DNA of 63,756 bases, counting the filler, from Neolecta irregularis DAH-3 (lineage: Eukaryota): the NCBI GenBank assembly GCA_001929475.1. It is 7 parts of 7 records of this genome, joined end to end, with 100 filler letters (N's around TTAATTAATTAA, not from the genome) between each part and the next. Parts side by side here need not be neighbours in the genome. Positions count along the whole stretch, not along the records: positions 44,699 to 56,042 come from LXFE01000407.1; positions 56,143 to 58,027 come from LXFE01000409.1; positions 58,128 to 63,756 come from LXFE01000413.1; 4 more parts are not named here. One strand, written 5' to 3'. Below, one piece after another: positions 49,628 through 61,104 of the stretch (positions are counted from its first letter, which is position 1; each line of letters opens with the position of its first letter). Position numbers and translations under genes: made by a program. The notes below the pieces were generated by a model. It was not told the origin of the DNA, searched no databases, and worked only from the letters and a program-made list of their open reading frames with translations.

Positions 49628-51912
49628 TCAATCAAATAGAAACCCAGTTCCCCGTTTCACAAATTTATCCAACAGTAAATCCAAATCAGCCAAGACAAAG
49701 CGACATACCACTCCCCCGAAAAACTCAGATGCGTGATGCAGAGTAATATCGAGACGAATTTGGGTTTTTATTGGGAGGAGATCGGTTTCCAGATGGAAAG
49801 CAATTTGATCTATCATGTTCAGATTTGAAAGCAAAGAAATATTAATACCGAGTATTTGAGCAGCTTCAAACAAGCGTGATAAAACCGACATGTAAGGAGC
49901 GTTTGGCCCATCGTATTTCCCGAGCAACAAATCTTTTGCCATTGCGGGACTCGAATCAGTTATCCAACTTGAACTTGCGCCAGCTTTAGCAAGGAATTTG
50001 TCTTTCCAGTTTTTTGCACTCTGATAATGAGTATTGAGTGTATTTCGGAAAGAGATTTACCTGACTCATTTTGCGTGCGGGTTGTCCATTACGTGTATAG
50101 CCGACGCTCCCGGCACCGAGTTTCTTGCCAAGAGTATTTTGAATACTTTCCATCAAACCTTCCAAACTCTTCAACTCGTCCAACAGGCCCTCAGTATCAT
50201 CTTTCCCCACTCTCCCAATTTTATTCAAGCTTTCAATTAATGCCTCGCATCCAAGGATTTTTTCCTCAACGGCTTTGAGTTTAATACTTTTTGCTGTCCA
50301 CACGGCACGAGGTACAAACAATCGATAGTTAAGATATCCTCCTGCTGGCTGCAGAGTCTTGTGAAGAGACCTCATTAACCAATACGGCCGAGCAGTGAAT
50401 TCTGCAGGTTGATTCTCAAATACTAAAGAGTGAACCGGAACATCATCGTGTAAGGGATATGGCTCGTAGGGAGAAGTTTGGAAAGGGATGGGTGTTACAT
50501 TTCGAATTGCACTAGCGCTACGTATTCGAAGAAGACTCGGACGAACACTACGTTCAGCTCCCGCTGAGTTCGACTTTACTAGCGAGGGAGCATTAAGGAC
50601 TGAGTGATCTTGTGGGACTGAGGCATTTCTTGTTCGAGCAAGGAAAAGCGACGAGTGTGAAGGTTGCGGGCGGAGACGGGGAAGTAATCCTGTATTTGTA
50701 ACAGGTTGTAAAGGAAATTGGGTCCTCGCTTGAGGAGATGGAGCACCTGGACTTGACGGTGGTCTCTGAGTTGAATGTGATGAAGTGCTGGTTGAGATGC
50801 TCAAAGGTCGCAGGTTTAACCTACTTCTAGGTGTAATCGCATTATTTTCACCGTCATCCGATTCGAGGACATCGAGTGTACTCGCCCGTTTCACCTGGCG
50901 CAAAGGAAGAACAGAAGCTGTCTTTGGGGAAAGCTGACCATCATTGTACCCATCGGGAGAACTTTGTCCACTGGAAGATTCATCGATTGTATTGAGCCAC
51001 GACATATTGCTTTCGAGGTCTGGTCTTCGATGCTCGTCACGAGAAGGTCCATTGACTAGTAGCGATGACAAATTATTCGAAGCATTCTCTCGTCGAATGG
51101 GATAATTGTCGTTAGATATAGTTCGCTTATGGAATATTGTTTCGGATCGAGTATTTGGCAAAGATTTGGATTGCAGATTTTTCCAATGGAGTTGCTACCA
51201 TGTAAGATAGGGGCAGTGGAATGACCAATACATCGTCTGAACCCAAAGATATTGGGATGGAACCGAATTCTTCAAGAAACTCTGATTCATCCTCATCTTC
51301 ATCCGAATCAGCAGTGGGCGCGGGCGGTAGCTCTTTGTCGATATCAGGATGCAACGTAGTCAAATAGCGCATTCGATCAGTATATGTATGTACCTGACAA
51401 TCCCTGGTCAGTTTCACGTTATATTAATGAAACCGAGACATACGATACTTTGTAACCGGGTCTTATCTGCTTCTTGTTTCGAGTTGGACATCACTTCTTC
51501 GAGTATCGAGCATGCTTCGCTGTACAGCTGGATAGCTGCGTTACGATTAGCTGCTGATCCTGTTACATCCCGTATACCAGCTGCTACATTATGTGAAGTA
51601 TCCAGTAGTACTGCAGATTGGGCTTTCTTTATTAAGATCAGCATACCGTGGGACGTCTTTTCATACCTGAAGCGCGAATGTCAACTATGTTTATTAGTCG
51701 TAAATCTCAAGCTGGATTTGTATACCATGGCTCGGTGAGAGCCTTGGTGTTGCAGAAGCTGGGGCCTGGGTAGATTTGGAGGATTTAGATGCGGAAAAGA
51801 AGACATCATACTGCAGTGGAAGGGGAAATAAAGGCGAACTAAGGGGTTTGTAGGATTTCGATGGTGATGTTATGAATTCGCGGGATCTGGTTTGATGCGG
51901 AAGAGCACGCAA
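49628..51912 (-). CDS. Fungal MIT-domain protein (multi-exon; start uncertain)
   Basis: MIT-like helices (LIKKAQSAVLLD..AAIQLYSEACSIL..RLQSI); C-terminal RPYWLMRSL..GGYL..LFVPRAVW and EFFGGVVCRFVLADL. Confidence 0.7.
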
Positions 51913-52145
51913 AATGATGTTTTTACGCAGGTGAAATAAAGCAGCAGAGCAGCGATTATTGCTGTCAACGCTTTTAGGCTGGTGGATTAAAGGGCATAAA
52001 GAATGGGATGTCCAAAGGTTAGGTGCCAGATTTTAGGGCGACGTCGATCCACACTCACTCCTCCATCCCTAACCCGTCTTTGCGTTGTTTGGCACTTCTG
52101 TAGTCATAGACAAACAGAGAAAACAAACCTCCAGGTCGTAATATG

Positions 52146-52500
52146 CATGGGTTTCTTATCGTGGTGGGCTATTTTATTCTACTCCATCTTGATTGTGTTT
52201 ATTACCATGGTGATCCTCCTAAAGAGCTCTTCCATAAGTGTCAGATCCATCTGCGTCATATTCTATGAATTTCCACTCATGGCATAGCCCTATGTAGAAT
52301 ATTACTTCTGGCCGTTGTTTTCCGTATTCGGCGTTTCTTCTTTGGTACAGCGATACGCATTTGCATGGATACTCTAGCACCACACGTCTGTTTCCTCTCT
52401 ATATCCTAGCGCCCAGTTGGCTCAACATGTCCGATAAAACAGGTCTGGAAATGAGTCAAAACGTCGACTCCGTTTCTCGTGCTCCATCCTACAATCTTTG
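52146..52500 (+). CDS. Possible small spliced membrane protein
   Basis: ATG followed by hydrophobic MGFLSWWAILFYSILIVFITM and plausible splice sites; structure unresolved. Confidence 0.25.
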
Positions 52501-52699
52501 AATGTCGTTCAGGTCTATGCCGAAACTTTGTTTCTCTACTTTATATTTACCTGTTTGCGATTTATATTGGACTAACAGCAATCCCTCCTTCGATCTAACC
52601 AACGCCAGTCAAAAATGGAAGCCACGCCTTCATTTCCGAGCTGATAGTGTGTGAGCTCATAGTGTTTGTACCATTCCCGGCCTCCTGTCCTCAAATTTC

Positions 52700-53120
52700 A
52701 TGCCGCCAAGAAAACGCGTATGGCTCCTTTTTGTCCCACAATCGCCTTATCACTCAGGCTAGGGAACAGGAGTCCAACGAGGAGGCCGATATCTTCTCAG
52801 ATCAGGAGGCCGCGACCTCGAAACCGAAATTAGGGGAACAGAAGGACAGTGATGGACATTCCTATTGGGAGGTACCTGCTCAAGTATTGACCGCCAAACC
52901 TTTAACTCTCAAACAGCTGAGCAGGACTCGACGCGTTGGAGTCTCAATATTTAACAAGAAAACTTACGTAAACATTCGAGAGTACTACCAAGACAAGAAG
53001 ACAGGAAAGATGATGCCTGGGAAAAAAGGTATCATGTTGACCATTGACCAATGGAAGTCGATTTGCGACCTTAAAGATAATATCGACTCTGCTATCGCAA
53101 ACATCCAAGAAAAAGAATAA
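52700..53120 (+). CDS. SUB1: Transcriptional coactivator PC4/Sub1
   Basis: RRVGVSIFNKKTYVNIREYY..MMPGKKGIMLTIDQW. Confidence 0.92.
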
Positions 53121-53204
53121 TTGATATATTTTTCATTTAACATTATGTACATATAATGAAACTAGCCAGCAGCTATCCTCGAGCACTATTTATGACTTGC
53201 CAAT

Positions 53205-53850
53205 TCAATTATCCTTTTCTGATTCCACCACAATCGATGCTAATAAAGGACTGACATCCTTTCCCCGTCCCAAGAAACCATTCATGCTTCCCTGAACATC
53301 ACTCCGCAGAACACAAAAATTACTTTCCCCAACAAGTTTTCCTTTCTCTACACACTCAAGAACCCTAAATCTTTAATACATTTATATCGTAGAATAAACC
53401 AATCCGCAGAGACATATTTTGCCTTTGCACCCCGTCTTTTGAGAATCTCTTTTTGGAATTTTCCACCAGCAAGGCCAATATGGCCAAGAATAACGTGTGT
53501 ACATTTCGCATTAAATGTGAAGTTTATTTCCCCAGAATGTGTAACGACAAGTCTTTTCAGCTCGAGATCTGTGATTTTTGGACCTGTATATCCATTCACG
53601 TAAACAGTACAGCCTATATGTCAATTACTGTTAAAAGGGAGCCGATACCTCTGAAAATATCGCTTTTCGTCTCTCCAACCTTTTGCAGTTGCCGTCGAAT
53701 CTTTTGTTGACGAGAGAGGTTATATGTTGACGACCGACCAGGGCCATTAGCGACCTGATGTCCCGTTGTCGCAGAGGAGTAACAATCAAATGGCTTTCGT
53801 GACGAAGAGACTACTGAACGGATTGACGAAGCTACTTTAGATGTCGACAT
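53205..53850 (-). CDS. Small BRCT-domain protein (Rev1-type BRCT; 3 exons)
   Basis: IFRGI|..VNGYTGP...L..LVVTHSG...THVIL...KYVSADW. Confidence 0.75.
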
Positions 53851-54070
53851 TGAAGAAAAACAAGTGGTCAGATTGTTGTATCGATGTCGGAGAATAGGAT
53901 ATTTGGGTCCGGAAAGGATCGAGGATCGACCCAATTAGTCACATTGTTTAAGACAACAAAATATAGACGTCGTTTTAATATGGATTACACAAAAATGAAA
54001 TGAAAGACAAGAGATGATCAAACTCAGAATTCTATTATAAATACCCCAGCTACCATAGCTGTTAATATTT

Positions 54071-54158
54071 GCTTGCATAGATCAGTTGGTTAGATCGCCG
54101 ACCTAATACTGTAGTATTGGGTAGTCGGAGGCCGACAGTTCGAGCCTGTCTGTGAGCA
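54071..54158 (+). tRNA. tRNA-Ile(AAU) with 14-nt intron (54109-54122)
   Basis: Acceptor GCTTGCA/TGTGAGC, D stem GATC/GATC, anticodon stem CCGAC/GTCGG, anticodon AAT at 54105-54107, T arm GACAG-TTCGAGC-CTGTC, T-run downstream. Confidence 0.92.
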
Positions 54159-54618
54159 GTTGTTTTTGCTAGCTGTTTCTCACCTCCACTACAACGTTTG
54201 AGCAATTCAACTAGAGCTTTTACCCGCACGAGAATCTGTTTGCTCAGGTTGCGGGCAAATCATTTATCACAAACTAGAAGGTGGAATCAATAAATTCCTA
54301 TCAACTAGGAAATTCTCAACCTCCGCGGTCCTGACAGTAGCCAAAGGTATTCCTTTTAACATTGCTACCCATATTTTTCCTCTCCTCGTGTTTCTTCTCG
54401 TTAACTTTCTATTATTATAACGATGTATTACTTGATGGAAATTCTTATTTAAGGAATTAATTCAGAAAATGAACTTACTAGAGGTTTCAGTGTTACCCCT
54501 CACGAACTATATTAAGCTTAAGTTACGACTATTTGTGAAGAGTATCTTGATTTTTCGGCTATCTTATTCTCAAAACTTTTCGATTGAATTTTTCCTTCAT
54601 AGGCAATTTATCCTACAA

Positions 54619-55989
54619 ATGCGGTTCCTTGGATTATTTCTTGCCCTACTTCTCTTAGGCGTGGCATTCGAAATACAATTTGCATCAAAATTCGATCTAA
54701 TTTATGACGGGTCCTTTTACAACTGGAAAAACCCTCAGGATTTCCTAATTGCCTTTGAAAATCGAAATCCAGAGGCAAGAATATCGGATTGTCTTTCTGA
54801 ATGTTTGAATGCCCAATTCACATGTGCAATGGTTACATTTTTCTATGAATTTTCTGATCTATGCCATTGTCACTTGTCGAAGACAAGGGCTTTGGAGAAT
54901 AAACCAATCAACCCTGGGGAAGATTTAAGTTCATATCCTAATCTCAAGGCTATGATCTTCGTGTATGGTTCTTGTTATTTCGCGCTGCTGATTCCATATA
55001 GACGAAAAGATCTTCTCCCCACTCCCCCGGCTCTTGAGCCATTACTTTCTTGGAGACCTCTATTGGAATGGTCAAATATTATTATACCAAAATACCACCT
55101 GCAACCGAGAAGAAGAAAAACTACCGAATATCTAACCCTGCTCCATAAGCTACTATTCATAGCAAAGCCTCCTTCAACTTACCCACCATACGACCGCTTG
55201 CTTTTGACTACGCTCGAGCTAATGAATGGTCGTTCGCTTTCCTCGTTATCGGTAGATGTGCTTTTGAATACAACGATTAGTCACATTTTCCGTCATCATT
55301 CTTCAGTGAGTTCATCCGATTACCGTAGTAGTACCGGGCTCTTTATCAACAGATATAAAGATGAGGATGACGGTCTGCCGATGAAGACTATTATTTACAA
55401 ACCAATGGAAATATCTACCTCTGCTCGAAAATCCTGGATATTTTTCGAATGCGAGAGGAATTCATTTGTCCCAGAACCTCAAACTTTTTGGCAAATGGTG
55501 AATTCTGCATTTGCTATGACGGAGCCTTCCTCTGTTTACACCGATGAAATTCGATATCACTCGTTCGGGGTCAAGCTCACGGATGAAGAGCATAAAAAGA
55601 TCACGCGGATGGCTAGGGAAAATATTGAAGAAGAATACGAGAATATTATCGACTTGAAGTATGTGGATTCCCCAGGAGTGAACGGGTACGGGAGCGAGCC
55701 TTCAATAAATGCAGTTCTTAGCATTATCAATCACGTCTTATCGCTTAGTTTTGGACGGGAAAATGTCAATAAAACAATTCATGTCACTGATTACGGAATT
55801 CACACCACATCAGGTGTCACTTTCAAAGACGGAATTGATCATCTGGGACAAAGTTTCCGAGTTTTCCTGAAAGATTATATTATCGCATTGGTAATGTTAA
55901 ACCACCAAGAAGTATTTAGGGGGTTGGTAAGGCAAACTACGAGGATTGCGAGGAATAATGCATTTTCAGATGTGGATGTTATTGGCTGA
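54619..55989 (+). CDS. Secreted orphan protein with an N-terminal PAN-like cysteine module
   Basis: Signal peptide MRFLGLFLALLLLGVA; DCLSECL...CAMVTF...CHCHLS; long open frame. Confidence 0.6.
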   Translation: MRFLGLFLALLLLGVAFEIQFASKFDLIYDGSFYNWKNPQDFLIAFENRNPEARISDCLSECLNAQFTCAMVTFFYEFSDLCHCHLSKTRALENKPINPGEDLSSYPNLKAMIFVYGSCYFALLIPYRRKDLLPTPPALEPLLSWRPLLEWSNIIIPKYHLQPRRRKTTEYLTLLHKLLFIAKPPSTYPPYDRLLLTTLELMNGRSLSSLSVDVLLNTTISHIFRHHSSVSSSDYRSSTGLFINRYKDEDDGLPMKTIIYKPMEISTSARKSWIFFECERNSFVPEPQTFWQMVNSAFAMTEPSSVYTDEIRYHSFGVKLTDEEHKKITRMARENIEEEYENIIDLKYVDSPGVNGYGSEPSINAVLSIINHVLSLSFGRENVNKTIHVTDYGIHTTSGVTFKDGIDHLGQSFRVFLKDYIIALVMLNHQEVFRGLVRQTTRIARNNAFSDVDVIG

Positions 55990-56142
55990 GATAACATGAG
56001 GCACAGAATATTAATTAGTACCAAATTTTTAATTGGATTTTTNNNNNNNNNNNNNNNNNNNNNNNNNNNNNNNNNNNNNNNNNNNNTTAATTAATTAANN
56101 NNNNNNNNNNNNNNNNNNNNNNNNNNNNNNNNNNNNNNNNNN

Positions 56143-57960
56143 TCTTTTATACGATATGGGCCTAAATATCTTGGAAAAAGCTTAGCAGCACGGTCTTTTA
56201 ACTTAACTCGTTTCCTAATATTTCGTGAATCCAATAAGACCCTATCATTAACCTTGTATTCTGGTTCCTCCCTTCTGTGCCCATTGGCTGCTGTTGTCTG
56301 TTGAGTTCTTGCCTGAATCAGATTATCTTGAGCGATCTCATTATATATTTCTATTCTGGCGAGCCATGTGTCTGCCGCAGGGATTGTGTCGTCCGTCGAC
56401 GAGAAAGGTGGGAATGAACGTACTCTGCATCCATATAATAATTCAAATGGGGAGATTCCCATTGACGTGGAAACCATGGTATTCATTGAGTACTCAATTT
56501 CCGATAAGTAGTTTGCCCAATCTGTCTGTCGACTATTTACATGATGGCGAAGTAGTTGAATTGCAGTTTTATTAGATCTCTCCGATACCCCGTCTGTTTC
56601 CGGATGAAAGGCGGTCGACATCTTTAATTGAACGCCGATTCTCTTATGTATCTGTTTCCAAAATCTTCCTGTAAAACATGTATCCCTGTCTGAGATAATC
56701 GATCGAGGCAGACCATATAATCGATACCAATGATGATATACCAAATCCGCTACATTAGATGCAGATGCCGTCGTATTCGTGGCTTGAATCTGTACAACAT
56801 TGGTGAATCGATCAGTAATAACCAGTAAAGCATCATAACAGTTTGATTTTGGCAACGGTCCCACAAAGTCCATTCCAATAGATTCAAAATGTGAACCCGG
56901 AACTGGTAATGAGTGCAAAAATCCTGCTGGCGGAAGAGTGGTGGCTTTCAGTCTTTGGCATTCGTCATATGATGATACATACTTTTCTGTATCTTTAGAT
57001 AACCCTGGCCAATAATATTCAGAATGTATTGCCTTGTATGTCTTATCTAACCCAAAATGACCAGAGCGATCATGATGGGCATGAAGCAGTTGTTCGCGGA
57101 TCCCTTTGTCGCACGGGATGCATAAGAGTTGACCAACGTAAAAAAAACAGTTCTTATTCTCATAGGCCGGATATCGTTCAGGATGGGAAACCACCTCAGC
57201 CATAAATTGATCTGTTGTGTAAGCCATCTTGATCTTGTGTCCTTCCCTTTCAGATAGATGAACGGTAGTGGTGATCTGTAATAATTCACCCTCCTGTGGT
57301 TGACTTTTATATCATGAGAGAGCGTCAGCCGCCACATTGAGGTGACCCTCCAAATATTGTACATCAAAATCAAAATGACTGAGAAAATCTAACCATCATA
57401 GCTGGCAATGAGACAGATGCATTTGAGAACTCCAGTGCTTCAGTGGTTCGTGGTCCTAACAGACCACGAACTTGACCCCGATGAGGTGGTGAGCCCACTT
57501 CTTTAATGCGAAGATAATGGGCAGCATTTCTCGCTAGTGTGTTAGATAATTAGCTTCTGCCGGTGTATATTGGCGGCTTTCAAATGATGCAGGTTTGGCA
57601 GTCTGCCATGTCGATCCCTGCGCTAATATACACCCCACTCCTTTTTCACTTGCATCTGTAATCACCCATATTGGATCTTCGAGTTGTTCGTTTATCGGTG
57701 TGAGCCATGGCGTGGTAGTCGCGAGTCACTTTATCTCTTTAAATGCGTTTTCTTCTGTCAGAGTCCAACGAAAAGGTGTTCCCTTCCTTGTGAGGCATGT
57801 TAACGGAGCTGCCTAGTTTGCTAATCTGGGCAGGAACTTCTAAATATAGTTTACGAATCCCATAAAACGTTGGATCTCTTTGATCAAGTGTAGCTGTTTC
57901 CAGTTTTTTTTTTTATCTACCTTATCCGGGTCTACACTTATACCTCGATTCGAGATTACG
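56143..57960 (-). mobile_element. Degenerate Ty3/Gypsy retrotransposon pol (RT connection, RNase H, integrase)
   Basis: GMDFVGPLP, ISDRD, STAFHPETDGVSERSN integrase core; HH-CC-like zinc region; TDAS..GVG, DHEPL and ADALS* with several stops; bounded by gaps. Confidence 0.93.
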
Positions 57961-58127
57961 TTGTAACCGGCTCCTCTCTATAGAAGCTGATTAGTGACGA
58001 TAATGTGGAGCTTCTGTGCTCGCTGATNNNNNNNNNNNNNNNNNNNNNNNNNNNNNNNNNNNNNNNNNNNNTTAATTAATTAANNNNNNNNNNNNNNNNN
58101 NNNNNNNNNNNNNNNNNNNNNNNNNNN

Positions 58128-58490
58128 CTTTTTCGAGCTGAATTTCGAGATATCGCAATTTGTTCTGGCTGATACAATGCTTGAGAGACGTTCGAGCCCA
58201 TCCGGCATGGAAAGCAATGAACGTATCACTGCGACATTACGAGTTGCATATGCAAGGATGCTTGTTGCCTGGACATTTTGTGGAAGAAATTTACAACCGA
58301 ACTGGGCAACTTTGAGCAATTCTTCGAGCAGTCCTTCGTGCTAAAGAATAAGACAAATGTGCACAGATTGGATGGACCAGTGCCGAATGAACTGTTCGAG
58401 AATCAGAACTACCTAGAATACGGGCAGCCGACGTCAAAGTCGAAAACGGCACAGTAGGCATGTTATCGACAAGAAATGGCTGGACCAACT
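58128..58490 (-). CDS. 5' part of a hypothetical spliced gene truncated by a gap
   Basis: Two ORFs (58291-58488 and 58080-58319) can be joined by a short GT-AG intron. Confidence 0.35.
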
Positions 58491-58679
58491 ATTTTCGCAC
58501 AAGATAAAAATACATCATGCTACGTGTTCAAATGTCTGCGTCACAGATTCGAAATCTGGAGAGACTAACCGGAAGCAGGTTGACGAATTTGCGGTGAAAG
58601 GATTGTTTCTACAAGTAGGTTGACAGGCGTGATAACAATTGGGATCTATTTTCCGAAACACAACCACTGCCCACTGAGC

Positions 58680-59553
58680 ATGTCGGACCTTTCGGGCATA
58701 TCTTCCCCAGGTCGTGACGATGACGCCGCCGATAGTCTTTCCGACTTGGACGCTTCTAGCAGCAATATATCGAGCGATACAGAGGGGTCAGCTCCCGGGT
58801 CGCCTGCAGATGAAGATTATGCGGAACAAATTACCATATGCAGATGGAATGGTTGTAATGACGACACGGGGTCCCTTGATCGTCTCGTCAAGCATATACA
58901 CGACTGTATTGGTCCCTTTTGCATTTAGCCTGGTTAAACTTGAAGGTCATGTTGGCAACCGACGGCAAAAGTATACTTGTGAATGGGATGAATGCCCTAG
59001 GAGGGGAATATCACAGACATCTCGGTTTGCGCTGGTAGCTCACTTGCGGTCACACACTGGAGAGAAACCTTTTTACTGCCTAGTTCCCGGTATTTGAACT
59101 CTTCGTTTGTTGTCGTTTGATATTTCAGAATGTGACAAGTCTTTCACACGGTCAGACGCTTTGGCCAAACATATGCGGACAGTCCATGAAGCTGATGCAC
59201 TCCGTCCATCGGATCCAATACCCAAATCTCATCCACAACATCCACAACATCCTCAGTATCAGGGTGCGACCTCGTCGAATGCATTAACAACTCCTCGCGG
59301 CCCTGATCCGCCTCTTCGTGAGATTAAACTAGCGCCAACCGATGAACCTGACGAATTTCCCGACTCTAGGGATCAGTATAGACTCTTGAAACACAAACTT
59401 CAGTGGGCTGGCGAGGAAAACAAAAGTCTAAAGGAACAAGTAGAATGGTCTGAAGCCAAGAGGAGGAAATGCTGGACGAAAAAAGAGTTGCTGTTGGAGA
59501 AGGTGTTCAAGAAGGTGATTGGAGGGAAAGTAGTAGAGCATATTCTAAGGTAA
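58680..59553 (+). CDS. iec1: C2H2 zinc-finger protein, INO80 subunit Iec1-like (3 exons)
   Basis: CRWNGC..HIHD|HVG...YTCEWDECPRRG..QTSRFALVAHLRSHTGEKPFYC..|ECDKSFTRSDALAKHMRTVH. Confidence 0.8.
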
Positions 59554-59775
59554 TAAGGTACGATTATAAATTTTGTATTTGCACATATTGTTTATTGAAC
59601 TATATCCAAGACCCCGGGTTTTTTATAAGGATCGCAGGGATTTGTCTGTTGATAACCTCAAGTTATTTTATTAGAATATGATTCGGCACGAGGTTTCTGA
59701 AATTTTGACTTGAACATCTTTCTTAATAACCCAGTAATCTCCACCTTGGAGATATTCCACCGTCCATTTGATACC

Positions 59776-60904
59776 ATGAGTGACCCTGCAGGAAAACCTG
59801 CAGTTATTTTATGCGTCGGTATGGCTGGCTCAGGGTTTGATAGTATGTCTAGGTATTTCTAATAGAAGGAAAACAACATTTATGCAACGAATAAACGCGC
59901 ACTTGAATTCCCTGAAAACCCCTCCCTATGTGATAAATCTCGATCCTGCAGTTCAAAACGTGCCGTATGGTGCCAATATCGATATCCGTGATACTATAAA
60001 TTACAAGGAAGTCATGAAACAGTAAGATATTTTTTCGAGAGCTTAATTCATTGCTCAAGGTACAATCTTGGACCTAACGGTGGAATCCTGACGTCGTTGA
60101 ACCTTTTCACAACCAAATTTGATCAAGTCTTGGGGCTACTGGAGAAACGCGCGGATACATTGTCGTATGACCCATTTGTGATGTGCAAAATCTCACTGGT
60201 AGTCACATTATTATCGACACTCCTGGCCAAATTGAGATATTTACGTGGTCCGCTTCAGGGACGATAATTACGGATGCTCTTGCTAGTTCCTATCCTACAT
60301 GTATTGCATATATTGTGGATACACCTCGCACTACTTCGCCTAATACCTTTCAAGCAAACATGCTCTATGCTTGCAGTATTCTTTATAAAACCAAGCTGCC
60401 TCTGATAGTTGTCTTCAACAAGACAGATGTGCAGGATGCCGAGTTTGCAAAAGAGTGGATGAAGGACTTTGAGGTATTCCAGGCAGCACTGAGGGAGAAA
60501 CAGGGAAGCGAGTCTGAGGGGGGCAGTGGATATATGACTAGTCTTATGAACAGCATGAGTCTGATGCTGGAGGAGTTTTACAAGCACCTGGATGTATGAC
60601 TGGAGCTAGAGTTTGGGCTGATGGACAGGTTGTGGGGGTGTCTGCAATGACAGGAGCAGGCATGGAAGAGTTTTTTGATGCAGTGCAGCACAAGGTGGAT
60701 GAGTATGCGCGCGACTACAAACCCGAGCTGGAAAGGGTGCTTGCTGGACGGGCAGAATCTCAAAAGCAGCAGCAGCAGGGCAGCCTGGAACGTCTGATGC
60801 GCGATCTGGAGGTTGATGCAGATGCTGTACATGCGGATACCGTCTCGGATGAGGAGAGTAGCAGTTCTGGCGGTGACTTTGGTGGTCCGGGCGTCGGGTG
60901 GTAA
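59776..60904 (+). CDS. NPA3: GPN-loop GTPase 1 (Npa3; multi-exon)
   Basis: [53 protein letters not shown]. Confidence 0.93.
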
Positions 60905-60910
60905 TTAGAG

Positions 60911-61068
60911 TTATAACGAATGTGGCGTTCAAGGGTGTCGAATTCGTTATAGGCGGATTCGTTCTATCGTGATATCACGTTAGACCTTGTACAAGTTAAT
61001 TTTGGGAGGCAGTCGGGTTCGTTATAAGGAGGAATTCGTTGTACGGAGGTTCCCTATGTTTACTTGTA
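60911..61068 (-). mobile_element. MITE remnant of the same family as 24979
   Basis: 40 nt (61015-61054) match 24997-25036 in reverse complement with 1 mismatch; multiple TTCGTTAT/ATAACGAA motifs. Confidence 0.6.
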
Positions 61069-61104
61069 CAAATAACCTCCCCTGAATTTCCAACCGCCGT
61101 CAGC

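Noticed and set aside
57961-58027. TGTAAC at the edge of the Gypsy pol as a possible nested LTR start
   Set aside because: Only about 65 nt remain before the gap, with no partner end or TSD to confirm it.
1638-59553. Two INO80 subunit genes (IES1-like and iec1-like) in one window
   Set aside because: They are 55 kb apart across several scaffold gaps; chance is a sufficient explanation.
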